IMG/VR virus record: IMGVR_UViG_3300024999_000080
Location: 12,878 to 76,877 of that record
Length of the DNA stretch: 64,000 nucleotides
Source: a virus
Direction: 5' to 3' (one strand)
Of the stretch, positions 11,998 through 21,182 are shown piece by piece. Position numbers and translations under genes: made by a program. Each line of letters begins with the position of its first letter. Positions within the stretch are counted from its first letter, which is position 1. The notes below the pieces were generated by a model. That model made no database searches and was not told the DNA's origin. It saw nothing but the letters and a program-made list of their open reading frames with translations.

Positions 11998-12621
11998 ATG
12001 TTTATTAATAAAATTGGATATCTTCATTTAGAAAAAGGATTGAATTGTCAAGATTTTGGTTTTGAGAGTGACAAGCATAAATGTATAATGGACGGTTGTT
12101 CAGAAGGAAAACATAGCGAAGTTGGTGCTAAATTATTTGCACATATGTTTTCAAAAGGATTAGATCCAATTGAATGTTTTGAAAAGTTGTCTGGTATATT
12201 TCCTGATTACGAGGATATAAGAGACCATATGTTATTTACTGTATTATTCGTTTCCCAAACTGATGAAGAATACATAGTTGATATTTGTGGTGATGGATAC
12301 ATAATTAAGCAAAAACTTGATGATTCGATTGAGTATGAAAAAATAGGAGAAGGTAATGCTCCAGAATATTATGCTTATAATTTTGTTTCTTCAGATCGTT
12401 TGAATAAGTATAAAGATGGTGTTGAATTCAAACATCACCTACTATCTAAAAGCGAATATAAGGCCGTAGGAGTGGCATCTGATGGCTTAGATTACATTCT
12501 TAATAGTCCTTTTAAGGATGAGTTTGAAAAGCATTTAATAGGAAGAAAAGAATTTGCAATCCGAAGACTAATCAATCGAGAACATAAATATTTTAAGGAT
12601 GATATTTCAATTGTAATTTGA
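11998..12621 (+). CDS. PP2C-like protein phosphatase (TerY-P type)
   Basis: NCQD, DGCS, CGDG, ASDG and DDISIV motifs. Confidence 0.82.
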   Translation: MFINKIGYLHLEKGLNCQDFGFESDKHKCIMDGCSEGKHSEVGAKLFAHMFSKGLDPIECFEKLSGIFPDYEDIRDHMLFTVLFVSQTDEEYIVDICGDGYIIKQKLDDSIEYEKIGEGNAPEYYAYNFVSSDRLNKYKDGVEFKHHLLSKSEYKAVGVASDGLDYILNSPFKDEFEKHLIGRKEFAIRRLINREHKYFKDDISIVI

Positions 12622-14339
12622 TTGAGGTGAAAGTGATGAATATAAGTGCTAAAATTCTAAAACAAACTCCATTAGCTGAAGGTGGAGAAGGTATTATATA
12701 TGATTTAGGGGATAATGTTCTTAAGGTCTATAAAGATTCGGTTGATAAGCAAGAAAAATTAAAAAAGGTTAAATTGTTGATATCTAAATCTTTACCTTCA
12801 AATATTATCAAACCTATTGATATTGCTTATGATTCACAGAAAAAGTTTATTGGTTATATTATGCCGAAAGCAGAAGGTGAAGACGTTAAGAAATTAGGCA
12901 ATAAGAAATATGTTAAAGTAAATAATATTAAAATCCAAGACATTAGTAAATTAGCATTAAAAATAAAAGAAACTCTCACAATTTTACATAATCAAAACAT
13001 TCTTATCAGCGACTTAAATGATGGCAATATATTATTCACCAAGGATTTTGAACCATATTTTATTGATGTTGATAGTTGGTCTATTGATAATATTAATTGT
13101 ACAGTTTGTATGGAAACATTTAAAGATCCTAAATTAGTTTCCAGTAATTTCACTAAAGATACTGATTCATTTTCATTTGCTGTGTTATTATTTAAGATGC
13201 TGACAAGACTTCATCCCTTCGGAGGAACAATGAATCCAGATATGGATATTATTCAAAGGATGAGTAAGGGCATATCAGTAATCGAAAATTCAAAAGTTAT
13301 TGTTCCAAAGAATATTAATAAGTGGGAATTTATGTCTCCAAAATTACTTACGGATATGAGAAGTATTTTTGAAAAAGGAAAAAGGTTTTTAATAGATCAA
13401 AATTTGTTGGATTTTGCTTCAAATTTGAAGTATTGTGATAAACATGAAGATTATTATTATAGCAAGTACAAAACGTGTCCTATTTGTGATGTAAGTGCTG
13501 TAATAATTCAAGCTCCTATACAAGTTGTTGGGAATGGATCTATTCCTTATATTGTTCTAATTGCTTCAAATGGTGTGAAAATGATATTAAATCTTGATAC
13601 ATTTATTGATGATAATGATTTTGTAATTCATAGCAGATCAAAGAAAAAAGTAGAATTAGTTAATGGTAATAGATATTATTTTTCTAATGATGGAGATATT
13701 GCTTTCACAGTTTCAAATATGGATATTGGCGTTAGTAATCAAAAAGGAACATTTATATTTGAGAAAATTAATAAGAGTAATGTTGTCGTGAAGAATGATA
13801 TTATTTACTATATTAATTCAAGTTGTAATCTTGTGGAATTGACTGTAGGTGATATTGGCAACTCATTAAGGGTAATTACTAAAACTTCTTTTAATTCATT
13901 TTTTGAAGTGTATGATAAAGACAATTATCTAGTTTGTAATATTTATGATGGTTTTAAAATTGTCAACATTAGTGGATATAATTATCAGATTAATGACAAT
14001 GATAAAATTGTTAATTATGGTATACACTTCGACACTATAAAGAATTTATGGTTATTTATTACTGAGGATGATAAAGGTAACTTTAAGACATTGATTTTTG
14101 ATAAGAATAAAGTAGTTTACAGTAGCGATAGTATAAAGTATCAAACTGATCTAGGGAATTTATGTTTTAGTGGTGGGGTAATATTTAGCCCTAGTGATAA
14201 GGTTATTAGAGGATTTGGTTACGAGAAGAATGTTTATAAGGATTTTCCTTGTGATGTGGTTAATGATGGATCTAAGTTAATTAGAGATGGTAGCAAGTTT
14301 ATTGTGATTAATGATAAAGAAGTTTATAGGTTGGGTTAA
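12618..14339 (+). CDS. Ser/Thr protein kinase with zinc ribbon and beta-rich C-terminal region (TerY-P type)
   Basis: EGGEG glycine loop, VLKVY, ISDLNDGNIL, IDVDS, HPF; C..H...CPIC. Confidence 0.85.
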   Translation: MIEVKVMNISAKILKQTPLAEGGEGIIYDLGDNVLKVYKDSVDKQEKLKKVKLLISKSLPSNIIKPIDIAYDSQKKFIGYIMPKAEGEDVKKLGNKKYVKVNNIKIQDISKLALKIKETLTILHNQNILISDLNDGNILFTKDFEPYFIDVDSWSIDNINCTVCMETFKDPKLVSSNFTKDTDSFSFAVLLFKMLTRLHPFGGTMNPDMDIIQRMSKGISVIENSKVIVPKNINKWEFMSPKLLTDMRSIFEKGKRFLIDQNLLDFASNLKYCDKHEDYYYSKYKTCPICDVSAVIIQAPIQVVGNGSIPYIVLIASNGVKMILNLDTFIDDNDFVIHSRSKKKVELVNGNRYYFSNDGDIAFTVSNMDIGVSNQKGTFIFEKINKSNVVVKNDIIYYINSSCNLVELTVGDIGNSLRVITKTSFNSFFEVYDKDNYLVCNIYDGFKIVNISGYNYQINDNDKIVNYGIHFDTIKNLWLFITEDDKGNFKTLIFDKNKVVYSSDSIKYQTDLGNLCFSGGVIFSPSDKVIRGFGYEKNVYKDFPCDVVNDGSKLIRDGSKFIVINDKEVYRLG

Positions 14340-14358
14340 AAAAGGAGAATAAATACAA

Positions 14359-16356
14359 ATGATCACTGACATTCCATGTCCTTACTGTAAAGGTACAGAT
14401 ATAAACATTGAAGAAGTAGTTTGGGTATCTTTTAATCAAGAAAATGAAGGATTAGTTGAAATTTTAAATTATTGTCAGACTTGTAAGAGTCAATATCCAG
14501 TATTGACAGAGTTTAAATATGAAGTTATTAAGAGTGAGTATAGGGAGGTTTAGATTTTTATGGATAAGGCATTTGAAATCCATGCCCATTGGGAAGAAAA
14601 TGGAGAATATTTTATTGATACTGATTATAGGCAATTGAGTACAATAAAGAAAACCCAATATGATAAAGCAGTAAAAGATGGTTTTGTTATTATTAAAATA
14701 GATGATGGAGATGTAATATAAAAATGAATATCGTTATTAATAATTGTATTGATTGTTCTTCACATAAGGTATTGCTAGATCCAGACCCTAATGATTGGTT
14801 TTGTGACGATGATGTTAAAGTTGTATGCTCTATAGATAATAGAGAAATTACATGTGCTTGTAGACCATATAATATTAGAAAAGAATGTGATATTCCTAAA
14901 TGGTGTTGGAAATTAAAATAAAGGAGTATTTTTGGAAATTAGTAAAATTAAAATCGTTGCAGGAGTAGGCTTTCAGGGTTCGGCACATGGCATAAAACAT
15001 GTCTTTCGAGGGATATTAAGGTGATTATATATTAAGGAGATGAAAATAAATGAGTTGTTATGCTTTTACATGTCAATGTTTTTATTGTTCAAGAGTTCAA
15101 TATGGTTGTAAAAGAGATACACCTAATAAATGTTCTGAATACAATTGTGGGAATGATGCAGTTTGTTTGCAAGTTTTACCGGAAGATTATTATATTAATC
15201 AATGTAAAAAGTTTGGTAAAGTTGAAAGTGATGTTGGATCTTGTATTGATTGTAGCGTAGAAAATAAGGATTTGTTTTATGCTTGTAGAGATGTTGGATA
15301 TTTGAAAGGTAAAAGTTAAGGAGGGTTAAATGCATAAAATAAAAGGGTATTGGAGTAAATTTGTTTTAATTCAAATGATAGTGATAATACTTTTATCTAT
15401 AATTGGATTACCTAAAAGTAATTTAAGTTTGTTCTTGTGGATGGGAATTATATTATTTGATTCAATAATTACTCATCCTATATGGTACGAAGAGGAGGAA
15501 AATAAATGTATTTAGCAGATGTAATTAAAAATTGCAAAGAAGGAGAAGTATATAAAGCTACTTTTGCAATTGATGAGCATTGGTATATTGCTAAAATAGC
15601 AGGGTTTATTTGGTATTGTGATGAGAATGGAAAAGCATTTGAAGATATGTCAGCAGTACCTTTGACTTATAGTAATTTAAGGGCAGAATATGAGTTAGTT
15701 CAGAAAGGAGCGTTTATATGAAAGAAAAATTAACTGGTATATTTCACAATGAATTTAAAAAGCATTGAGTAACTAAATTTATTAGAAATGGATATGTATT
15801 AATGAAATACAAATATCCAAAGGTTAAAATTCCTTTTACTTCTCCAATGGTGCGATGGGAAAATCTAAATCATTGCGGTGGATGGAGTATGTGCGATGAG
15901 AATGGGGTAGAATTATCAACACAAATAAATCTTATTCAAGATGTTGTTAATGGATTTAAACCTATGGGATTTTGCTATTCCCTTCATAAAGAACAAAAAA
16001 ATGAATTTATGAAGATTATTATTGAGTCTGGATTGCCTTATACTACAGATGAACTAGATTGGAAAAATCCAGATTTTCCAATAAGATATGGTTTCAATAT
16101 TTGCCAGCATGGAAAAATAGGTGATTTACTTGATATTGATGCTGTCATAGAATCATATAATTTATTAGATTTATCCCATGATAAATGGATTTATAATACG
16201 ATAAGAGTTAATCTTTTGAAAATCAAGGACAATAAATTGTCAAATTATCTTACAGATTGGGATTATGGAAATCCTAAAACAGTTATTGAAGCAGTAACAG
16301 TAGGACTTTTATTAGGATATCCAATTGAATCTACATTTGCATTAACGACTTCTTAG
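14359..16356 (+). other. Small hypothetical genes, several Cys-rich
   Basis: Co-oriented ORFs with RBSs. Confidence 0.6.
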
Positions 16357-16480
16357 AGTTGGAAGAGAATTGGAGGGGTGGGGTTATAATTATAAAAATA
16401 AATTTTATAATTATGAATAGGACAAAATGAAATTGTCTATAATATAATCACAAGGAAATAAAAAGGAGTGTGATTATATT

Positions 16481-16897
16481 ATGCAAAATGTAAGTGTAAG
16501 TGTAAGTGTAAGTGTAAATAAAGTTTCACAAGAGATAAAAAGAGGAGATATTTGGTTAGCAGAATTAGAAGGAAGTAAAGGTTCAGAAATGAAAATGGTA
16601 CGCCCCGTTGTAATCATTCAAAATAATTTAGGGAATAAATATAGCCCATGTTGCACTATAATTCCATTGACTAGTAAGGTTGGGAAACGATGGATGCCCA
16701 CTCACACAACCCTACATAAGACGGTTTGCTTATCAACTTTGAGTATTGCTCTCGCAGAACAGGTTGCAACGATTTCAAAGGAACGATTGACAAAATTTAT
16801 TGGAGTGGTCGAAAAGTCAGAAATAGTTGCTATTGAAGATGCTATTATGATTCAGTTGGGAATCAAACCAAGAAATAATATTGCGTATGCAAATTAA
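16481..16897 (+). CDS. MazF/PemK-family endoribonuclease with no adjacent antitoxin
   Basis: KRGDIW...GSE...RPVVIIQN..GN..SP...PLTS...PTH...EQ resembles B. subtilis EndoA; catalytic Arg/Thr retained. Confidence 0.9.
   Translation: MQNVSVSVSVSVNKVSQEIKRGDIWLAELEGSKGSEMKMVRPVVIIQNNLGNKYSPCCTIIPLTSKVGKRWMPTHTTLHKTVCLSTLSIALAEQVATISKERLTKFIGVVEKSEIVAIEDAIMIQLGIKPRNNIAYAN
16490..16513 (+). repeat. (GTAAGT)4 in-frame microsatellite encoding VSVSVSVS
   Basis: Read directly from the sequence. Confidence 0.9.
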
Positions 16898-16943
16898 TAA
16901 GAGGGAGAGATAAAATTTAATTGAGTGAATATAATATTTTAAC

Positions 16944-18497
16944 TTGGCAAAGGAGAATTGCCGAGTGCTGTTAACAAAGACGCTAACAATGAAATGGAGT
17001 GCAAATAATAAGGTATGGTTTGAAAGTAAGGGATATACTTTTACTAAATGGAAAGATGAATTTGAGATTAAGGTGGAAGATTTATCTGATGGTTCTGGGG
17101 CATTAGTTGATGTCCAATGTGACGGATGTGGAGAAATATTAACTAATATGAAATGGCAATCATATATAAGAAGTTCTAAGAAAGATGGTAAATATTATTG
17201 TAAAAAATGTTCTTGTAAATTATTTGATGGTGAAAATCAGAGAAAAACTAAGTTAAAAAGTAGCAAATCCTTTTACGATTGGTGCTATGAAAATTTACCA
17301 AGAGCAATAGCAAATTATATATTATCAAAATGGGATTATGCTTTAAATATCAATAAGAACGGCAATATAATAAGTCCTAAAGATGTTAGTTTTAGTTCTA
17401 CAGGTTTTGACGGTAAAGGATATTGGTTTAAATGCCTTAAATATCCTGAACATGGATCTGAACAGAAACGTATTAGTAATTTTGTTAGCGGAATGGGTTT
17501 AGGTAACGTTATTACTTGCATTCAATGTAACATTATTTCTATTACCCATCCACATTTAATAAAATATCTGGTAAATAAAGAAGATGCGAATAAATATTCT
17601 TTTGGTTCAAATGAAAAAATACCCATGAATTGTGTTAATTGTGGATATGAAAAAAAATTAAGTTTTAATAAATTAGTAAGTAGAGGTTTCCCTTGTCCAA
17701 GGTGTTCAGATGGTATAAGCTATCCTGAAAAATTTCTATTTTCATTCTTAGAACAATTAAATTTATATTTTAACTTTCAATTAACAAAAACAACTTTCAA
17801 ATGGTGTGGCAAATATAAATATGACTTTTACATAGAAATAATTAATGGAATAGTTGAGGCAGGAGGTTTGCAACACTATGACGATACTAAAGGTAGAAAT
17901 TGGGGAGCATCATTAGAAGAAATACAAGAAAATGATTTCGACAAGGAATGGATTGCTAGAATAAATAAAATTAAGAATTACATAATTTTAGATTGTAGAT
18001 ATTCTGATATGAAATGGATTAAGCAATCTATAATGAAGTCTAGGTTGCTTATATTAGGATTTAAAGAGGAAGATATCGATTGGCTAAAGTGTCATGAGGC
18101 GGGTTGTAATAGTTTGGTTAAAATTTCCTGTGATCTATGGAATAATGGAATGAAAAATACATCACAGATAGCAGATATAATAAAGGTGCATAGGGCTACT
18201 ATTGTAAACTACTTAAAACAAGGAGTTAAACTTGAATGGTGTGACTATGATCCTAAAATAGCGATGACTGGTAACTATAGTAGAAGTGTTATATGTATAA
18301 CTACTAGGGAGATATTTAATTCAATTGCTGAAGCAGGAAACGTTTATAAAACAGATTGTAGTAGTATATCAAAATGTAGTAAAAATAAAAAGAAATACTC
18401 AGGATTACATTCAGAAACGGGAGATAAATTAAAATGGATGTATTTAGTAGATTATGAGAATATGGTTAAATATCAAAATAATAATAAACCTTCATAA
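16944..18497 (+). CDS. Free-standing homing-endonuclease-like protein (zinc ribbons + PD-(D/E)xK-like domain + NUMOD1-like C-terminus)
   Basis: Multiple CxxC pairs, SYPEK, YDFYI...VEAGGLQHY, FNSIAEA. Confidence 0.7.
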   Translation: MAKENCRVLLTKTLTMKWSANNKVWFESKGYTFTKWKDEFEIKVEDLSDGSGALVDVQCDGCGEILTNMKWQSYIRSSKKDGKYYCKKCSCKLFDGENQRKTKLKSSKSFYDWCYENLPRAIANYILSKWDYALNINKNGNIISPKDVSFSSTGFDGKGYWFKCLKYPEHGSEQKRISNFVSGMGLGNVITCIQCNIISITHPHLIKYLVNKEDANKYSFGSNEKIPMNCVNCGYEKKLSFNKLVSRGFPCPRCSDGISYPEKFLFSFLEQLNLYFNFQLTKTTFKWCGKYKYDFYIEIINGIVEAGGLQHYDDTKGRNWGASLEEIQENDFDKEWIARINKIKNYIILDCRYSDMKWIKQSIMKSRLLILGFKEEDIDWLKCHEAGCNSLVKISCDLWNNGMKNTSQIADIIKVHRATIVNYLKQGVKLEWCDYDPKIAMTGNYSRSVICITTREIFNSIAEAGNVYKTDCSSISKCSKNKKKYSGLHSETGDKLKWMYLVDYENMVKYQNNNKPS

Positions 18498-18545
18498 AAT
18501 ATATAAGTAAATATAACTAAGATAAAGGAGAGATAATATAAATAG

Positions 18546-19166
18546 ATGGTTGAAACATTAATATTCAGTATTTTGTGCCTAAAAACAAAATTATATTTAA
18601 AGCTAGGCAAATTCCAAATACATAAAGAATCATATCTAGTTAAACCAATACTAAAACAATGGAGTATTTATCCGGTAATACTTATGTCATTAATATATTG
18701 TATTTTTCAATATATGATTTTAAACCATGATTATAGTTTTATACCATATCAAAAGATATTTAAAGATGCCTTGATCATGTCATACATAATATTAGGAGTC
18801 GATATTTTATTTAGGAATAAAATATATAAACCATTTATATTTGCTTGTTATAGTTTATTAAGTGGTTGTGGACTGAACGCTATTGTAATGCATTTTAACA
18901 ATAAAAAGATGCCAATTTTCCCGACATTTACTTATTCGACTGGCTATACACAGTATGATATGATTATAAATTCTTCTAAATATGGAGATTTTCATGTTCT
19001 TGGAGATCATACAACAAAATTGATATTTTTAGCTGATGTATTCGATGTCTGTGGGTTTTCAATATGGTCAATCGGGGATATTTTGGTCAGGGTATTTGCT
19101 TTTATGATGGTATATTATTCAGTTAAAGAGGTTAATAAAATACATAAGAATAAAATTGTAAATTAA
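18546..19166 (+). CDS. DUF5317-like membrane protein
   Basis: LNAIVMHFN.KKMP, LIFLADVF and SIGDIL motifs with several hydrophobic helices. Confidence 0.7.
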   Translation: MVETLIFSILCLKTKLYLKLGKFQIHKESYLVKPILKQWSIYPVILMSLIYCIFQYMILNHDYSFIPYQKIFKDALIMSYIILGVDILFRNKIYKPFIFACYSLLSGCGLNAIVMHFNNKKMPIFPTFTYSTGYTQYDMIINSSKYGDFHVLGDHTTKLIFLADVFDVCGFSIWSIGDILVRVFAFMMVYYSVKEVNKIHKNKIVN

Positions 19167-19179
19167 TAAATAAATATAC

Positions 19180-19208
19180 TTGCATTACATTCTTGCATAT
19201 GGTATACT
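19180..19208 (+). promoter_or_regulatory. Promoter of the receptor-agrD unit
   Basis: TTGCAT-17 nt-TATACT with extended TG. Confidence 0.7.
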
Positions 19209-19224
19209 TGTTTTAGGTTAAGAA

Positions 19225-20064
19225 ATGAATAAGAAAGAGGTAATACATATGCAAGGTGTAACAAATGCTTTATTGAATACTATTTTGGTAAGCATCCCAG
19301 AGGAATCATTTATTGTAATTATGACATTGGTTTTTTTAAGAAGATTTGATATGTTGGACATCAGAATGTGGAAACACAGTTTGAAATGGATCATGGTTCC
19401 AACCTTGCCCGTAGCAATAATGATAAACGTGTTTAGATATATAGTAATAATACCAAAACCATTAATGTCTTTAGCTTCATTTATATTAATGACAATTTTA
19501 ATAATATTTATGATAATAAAAAATAGTGTTGTTTTTGATAAAAAGTTATTATTTAAGACAATAATGTTTACAATATTAAGTTTTGTTGTGGTTGGATTAA
19601 TAGAATTATTATATTATCCTATTTCACTCTCCTTGTTACATAAACAGATGTCTTATTTTAATAATAATATCCTATACAATCTTTTATTAGCAATTCCTAC
19701 AAGAGTATTACAAATATGTATTGTGGCATTTATCATAATGAGGAAAAACAATGATATTGAGATAAATTTATTCAACACAATTGTGAGAAACAAGTTTTTT
19801 ACAAAAAGTTTTATAATGATGATAACTATTATGTTATTTGTAATAATTTATATGGGGAAGTTGCTAATGTTTGATAATATATTAGTGGAATTACAAGTCA
19901 TTGATCAATTGTTCATAGTTTTAATTGTTATAGTAACACCAATAATTTTAATTACTTGGTTCCTAATGTTTGTTAATTATTTATTAACAAAGGAAAAACA
20001 AATACAGCAGACTTACGAAAATCTTGTTATGCAAGATGACGTAATGCTTGATGTAGAAGATTAA
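19225..20064 (+). CDS. Polytopic membrane protein resembling an AgrC/VirS-type sensor domain, with no histidine kinase domain
   Basis: About 7 hydrophobic segments and a ~25-aa polar tail; no H/N/G boxes; directly upstream of agrD; likely start at MQGV after the GAGGT RBS. Confidence 0.55.
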   Translation: MNKKEVIHMQGVTNALLNTILVSIPEESFIVIMTLVFLRRFDMLDIRMWKHSLKWIMVPTLPVAIMINVFRYIVIIPKPLMSLASFILMTILIIFMIIKNSVVFDKKLLFKTIMFTILSFVVVGLIELLYYPISLSLLHKQMSYFNNNILYNLLLAIPTRVLQICIVAFIIMRKNNDIEINLFNTIVRNKFFTKSFIMMITIMLFVIIYMGKLLMFDNILVELQVIDQLFIVLIVIVTPIILITWFLMFVNYLLTKEKQIQQTYENLVMQDDVMLDVED

Positions 20065-20084
20065 AGTGAAAGGAGGTGAAATTA

Positions 20085-20201
20085 ATGAAAAAATACGCTA
20101 TCGTCGCTGGAATGGTTGCCCTGGCCGCTACAATGTTTACTAATGTTTTTGCTTCTTGGTTGGGTGCACATCAACCAAAGTCCCCTAATTGCATGAAATA
20201 A
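20085..20201 (+). CDS. agrD: AgrD-type cyclic lactone autoinducer propeptide (38 aa; not in the ORF track)
   Basis: AGGAGGTG RBS; MKKYAIVAGMVALAATMFTNVFA-SWLGA-HQPKSPNCMK has a hydrophobic leader, a 5-residue ring and the HQPxxP tail of clostridial AgrD; agrB lies 1 kb downstream. Confidence 0.88.
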   Translation: MKKYAIVAGMVALAATMFTNVFASWLGAHQPKSPNCMK

Positions 20202-20213
20202 TATTATCCTACA

Positions 20214-20243
20214 TATAGGGAGGGACTTCGGTTCTTCCCTATA
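20214..20243 (+). terminator. Hairpin after agrD with a C(UUCG)G loop
   Basis: tatagggagggac-ttcg-gttcttccctata. Confidence 0.7.
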
Positions 20244-20281
20244 ACCATAAAATAATTGTATAGTTAATATTTACATATTTG

Positions 20282-20311
20282 TTGACATTTTGCATATCTT
20301 TATAGTAAGAT
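20282..20311 (+). promoter_or_regulatory. Promoter of the HTH-mazF-agrB unit
   Basis: TTGACA-18 nt-TAAGAT. Confidence 0.6.
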
Positions 20312-20354
20312 ATTAATAAGGAAATAATAAAAAATTATAAATATCTTATTAGAG

Positions 20355-21158
20355 ATGAAGAGGAGATGTGTTATTATGTTAAACAAATTCTTTACTAAAA
20401 ACACCAATACCGAGGAAAATACCAAAAAAGATTTCAAAAAATTAGCTAACTATGTAATTCATGCCAAAGGTCATAGGACGATCAATGGATTTGCAGCAGA
20501 TATGAAAACCGACTCTGAATATCTAACTCTTGTTGTTAATGCAAGAATAAACTCTTATCCAGATATAAAATTTCTTAAAACCATCGCTGACAATTCTGAT
20601 GGTAGAGTATCTTTAAAGGATTTAACATTGGCGTGTGGGTATTCAAATTACACAAATAATGATATGGAACAGATAAAAAATATTGAAGTCAGAAGAGGAA
20701 CTTTTTGCTATGTTAGTTTGGGTGATGTCATAGATTCAGAGTATGGGGGAAATCGATTATGTTTAGTTATACAAAATGATGTAGGGAATCACTTCTCAAG
20801 CACTTCAATTATTTTACCTCTCACTAGTAGAAAACGTAGTAAGCTTCCCACCCACGTTGAAGTTGGGCCTAAAAATTGCGGATTGCCCCAAGAATCAATT
20901 ATTAGTTGTGAGCAAATTCGTTGTGTATCAAAAAGGAGACTTAGCCAAAACGGGATAGTTCAGAAGGTTTCAGAATGCCCTTCAGAAATTATGTTATTGG
21001 TTGAGGTTGCCATGCTGAAGGCACAAGGGGTTATTCATCTTAAAATGAATGAACAAGAAGCAGTTCAATATCTAATGAATATGAACAAGCAAAAAACATA
21101 TCAGTATCAAAATAATTATAATCGTAGTGCAAGTCAGCAGGTTGCCTTTGCACGATAA
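20355..21158 (+). CDS. XRE-like HTH domain fused to a MazF/PemK endoribonuclease
   Basis: N-terminal AKGHRTINGFA...YL....N....P....LK.IA......VSLKDL..ACGY; C-terminal RRG...SEYGG.R.CLVIQNDVGN.FS...PLTS...LPTHV...EQIR. Confidence 0.85.
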   Translation: MKRRCVIMLNKFFTKNTNTEENTKKDFKKLANYVIHAKGHRTINGFAADMKTDSEYLTLVVNARINSYPDIKFLKTIADNSDGRVSLKDLTLACGYSNYTNNDMEQIKNIEVRRGTFCYVSLGDVIDSEYGGNRLCLVIQNDVGNHFSSTSIILPLTSRKRSKLPTHVEVGPKNCGLPQESIISCEQIRCVSKRRLSQNGIVQKVSECPSEIMLLVEVAMLKAQGVIHLKMNEQEAVQYLMNMNKQKTYQYQNNYNRSASQQVAFAR

Positions 21159-21182
21159 AAGAAAGGAAGATTAAATAATTAA

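Noticed and set aside
16481-16897. Ordinary mazEF toxin-antitoxin pair
   Set aside because: No small antitoxin ORF lies upstream of either mazF
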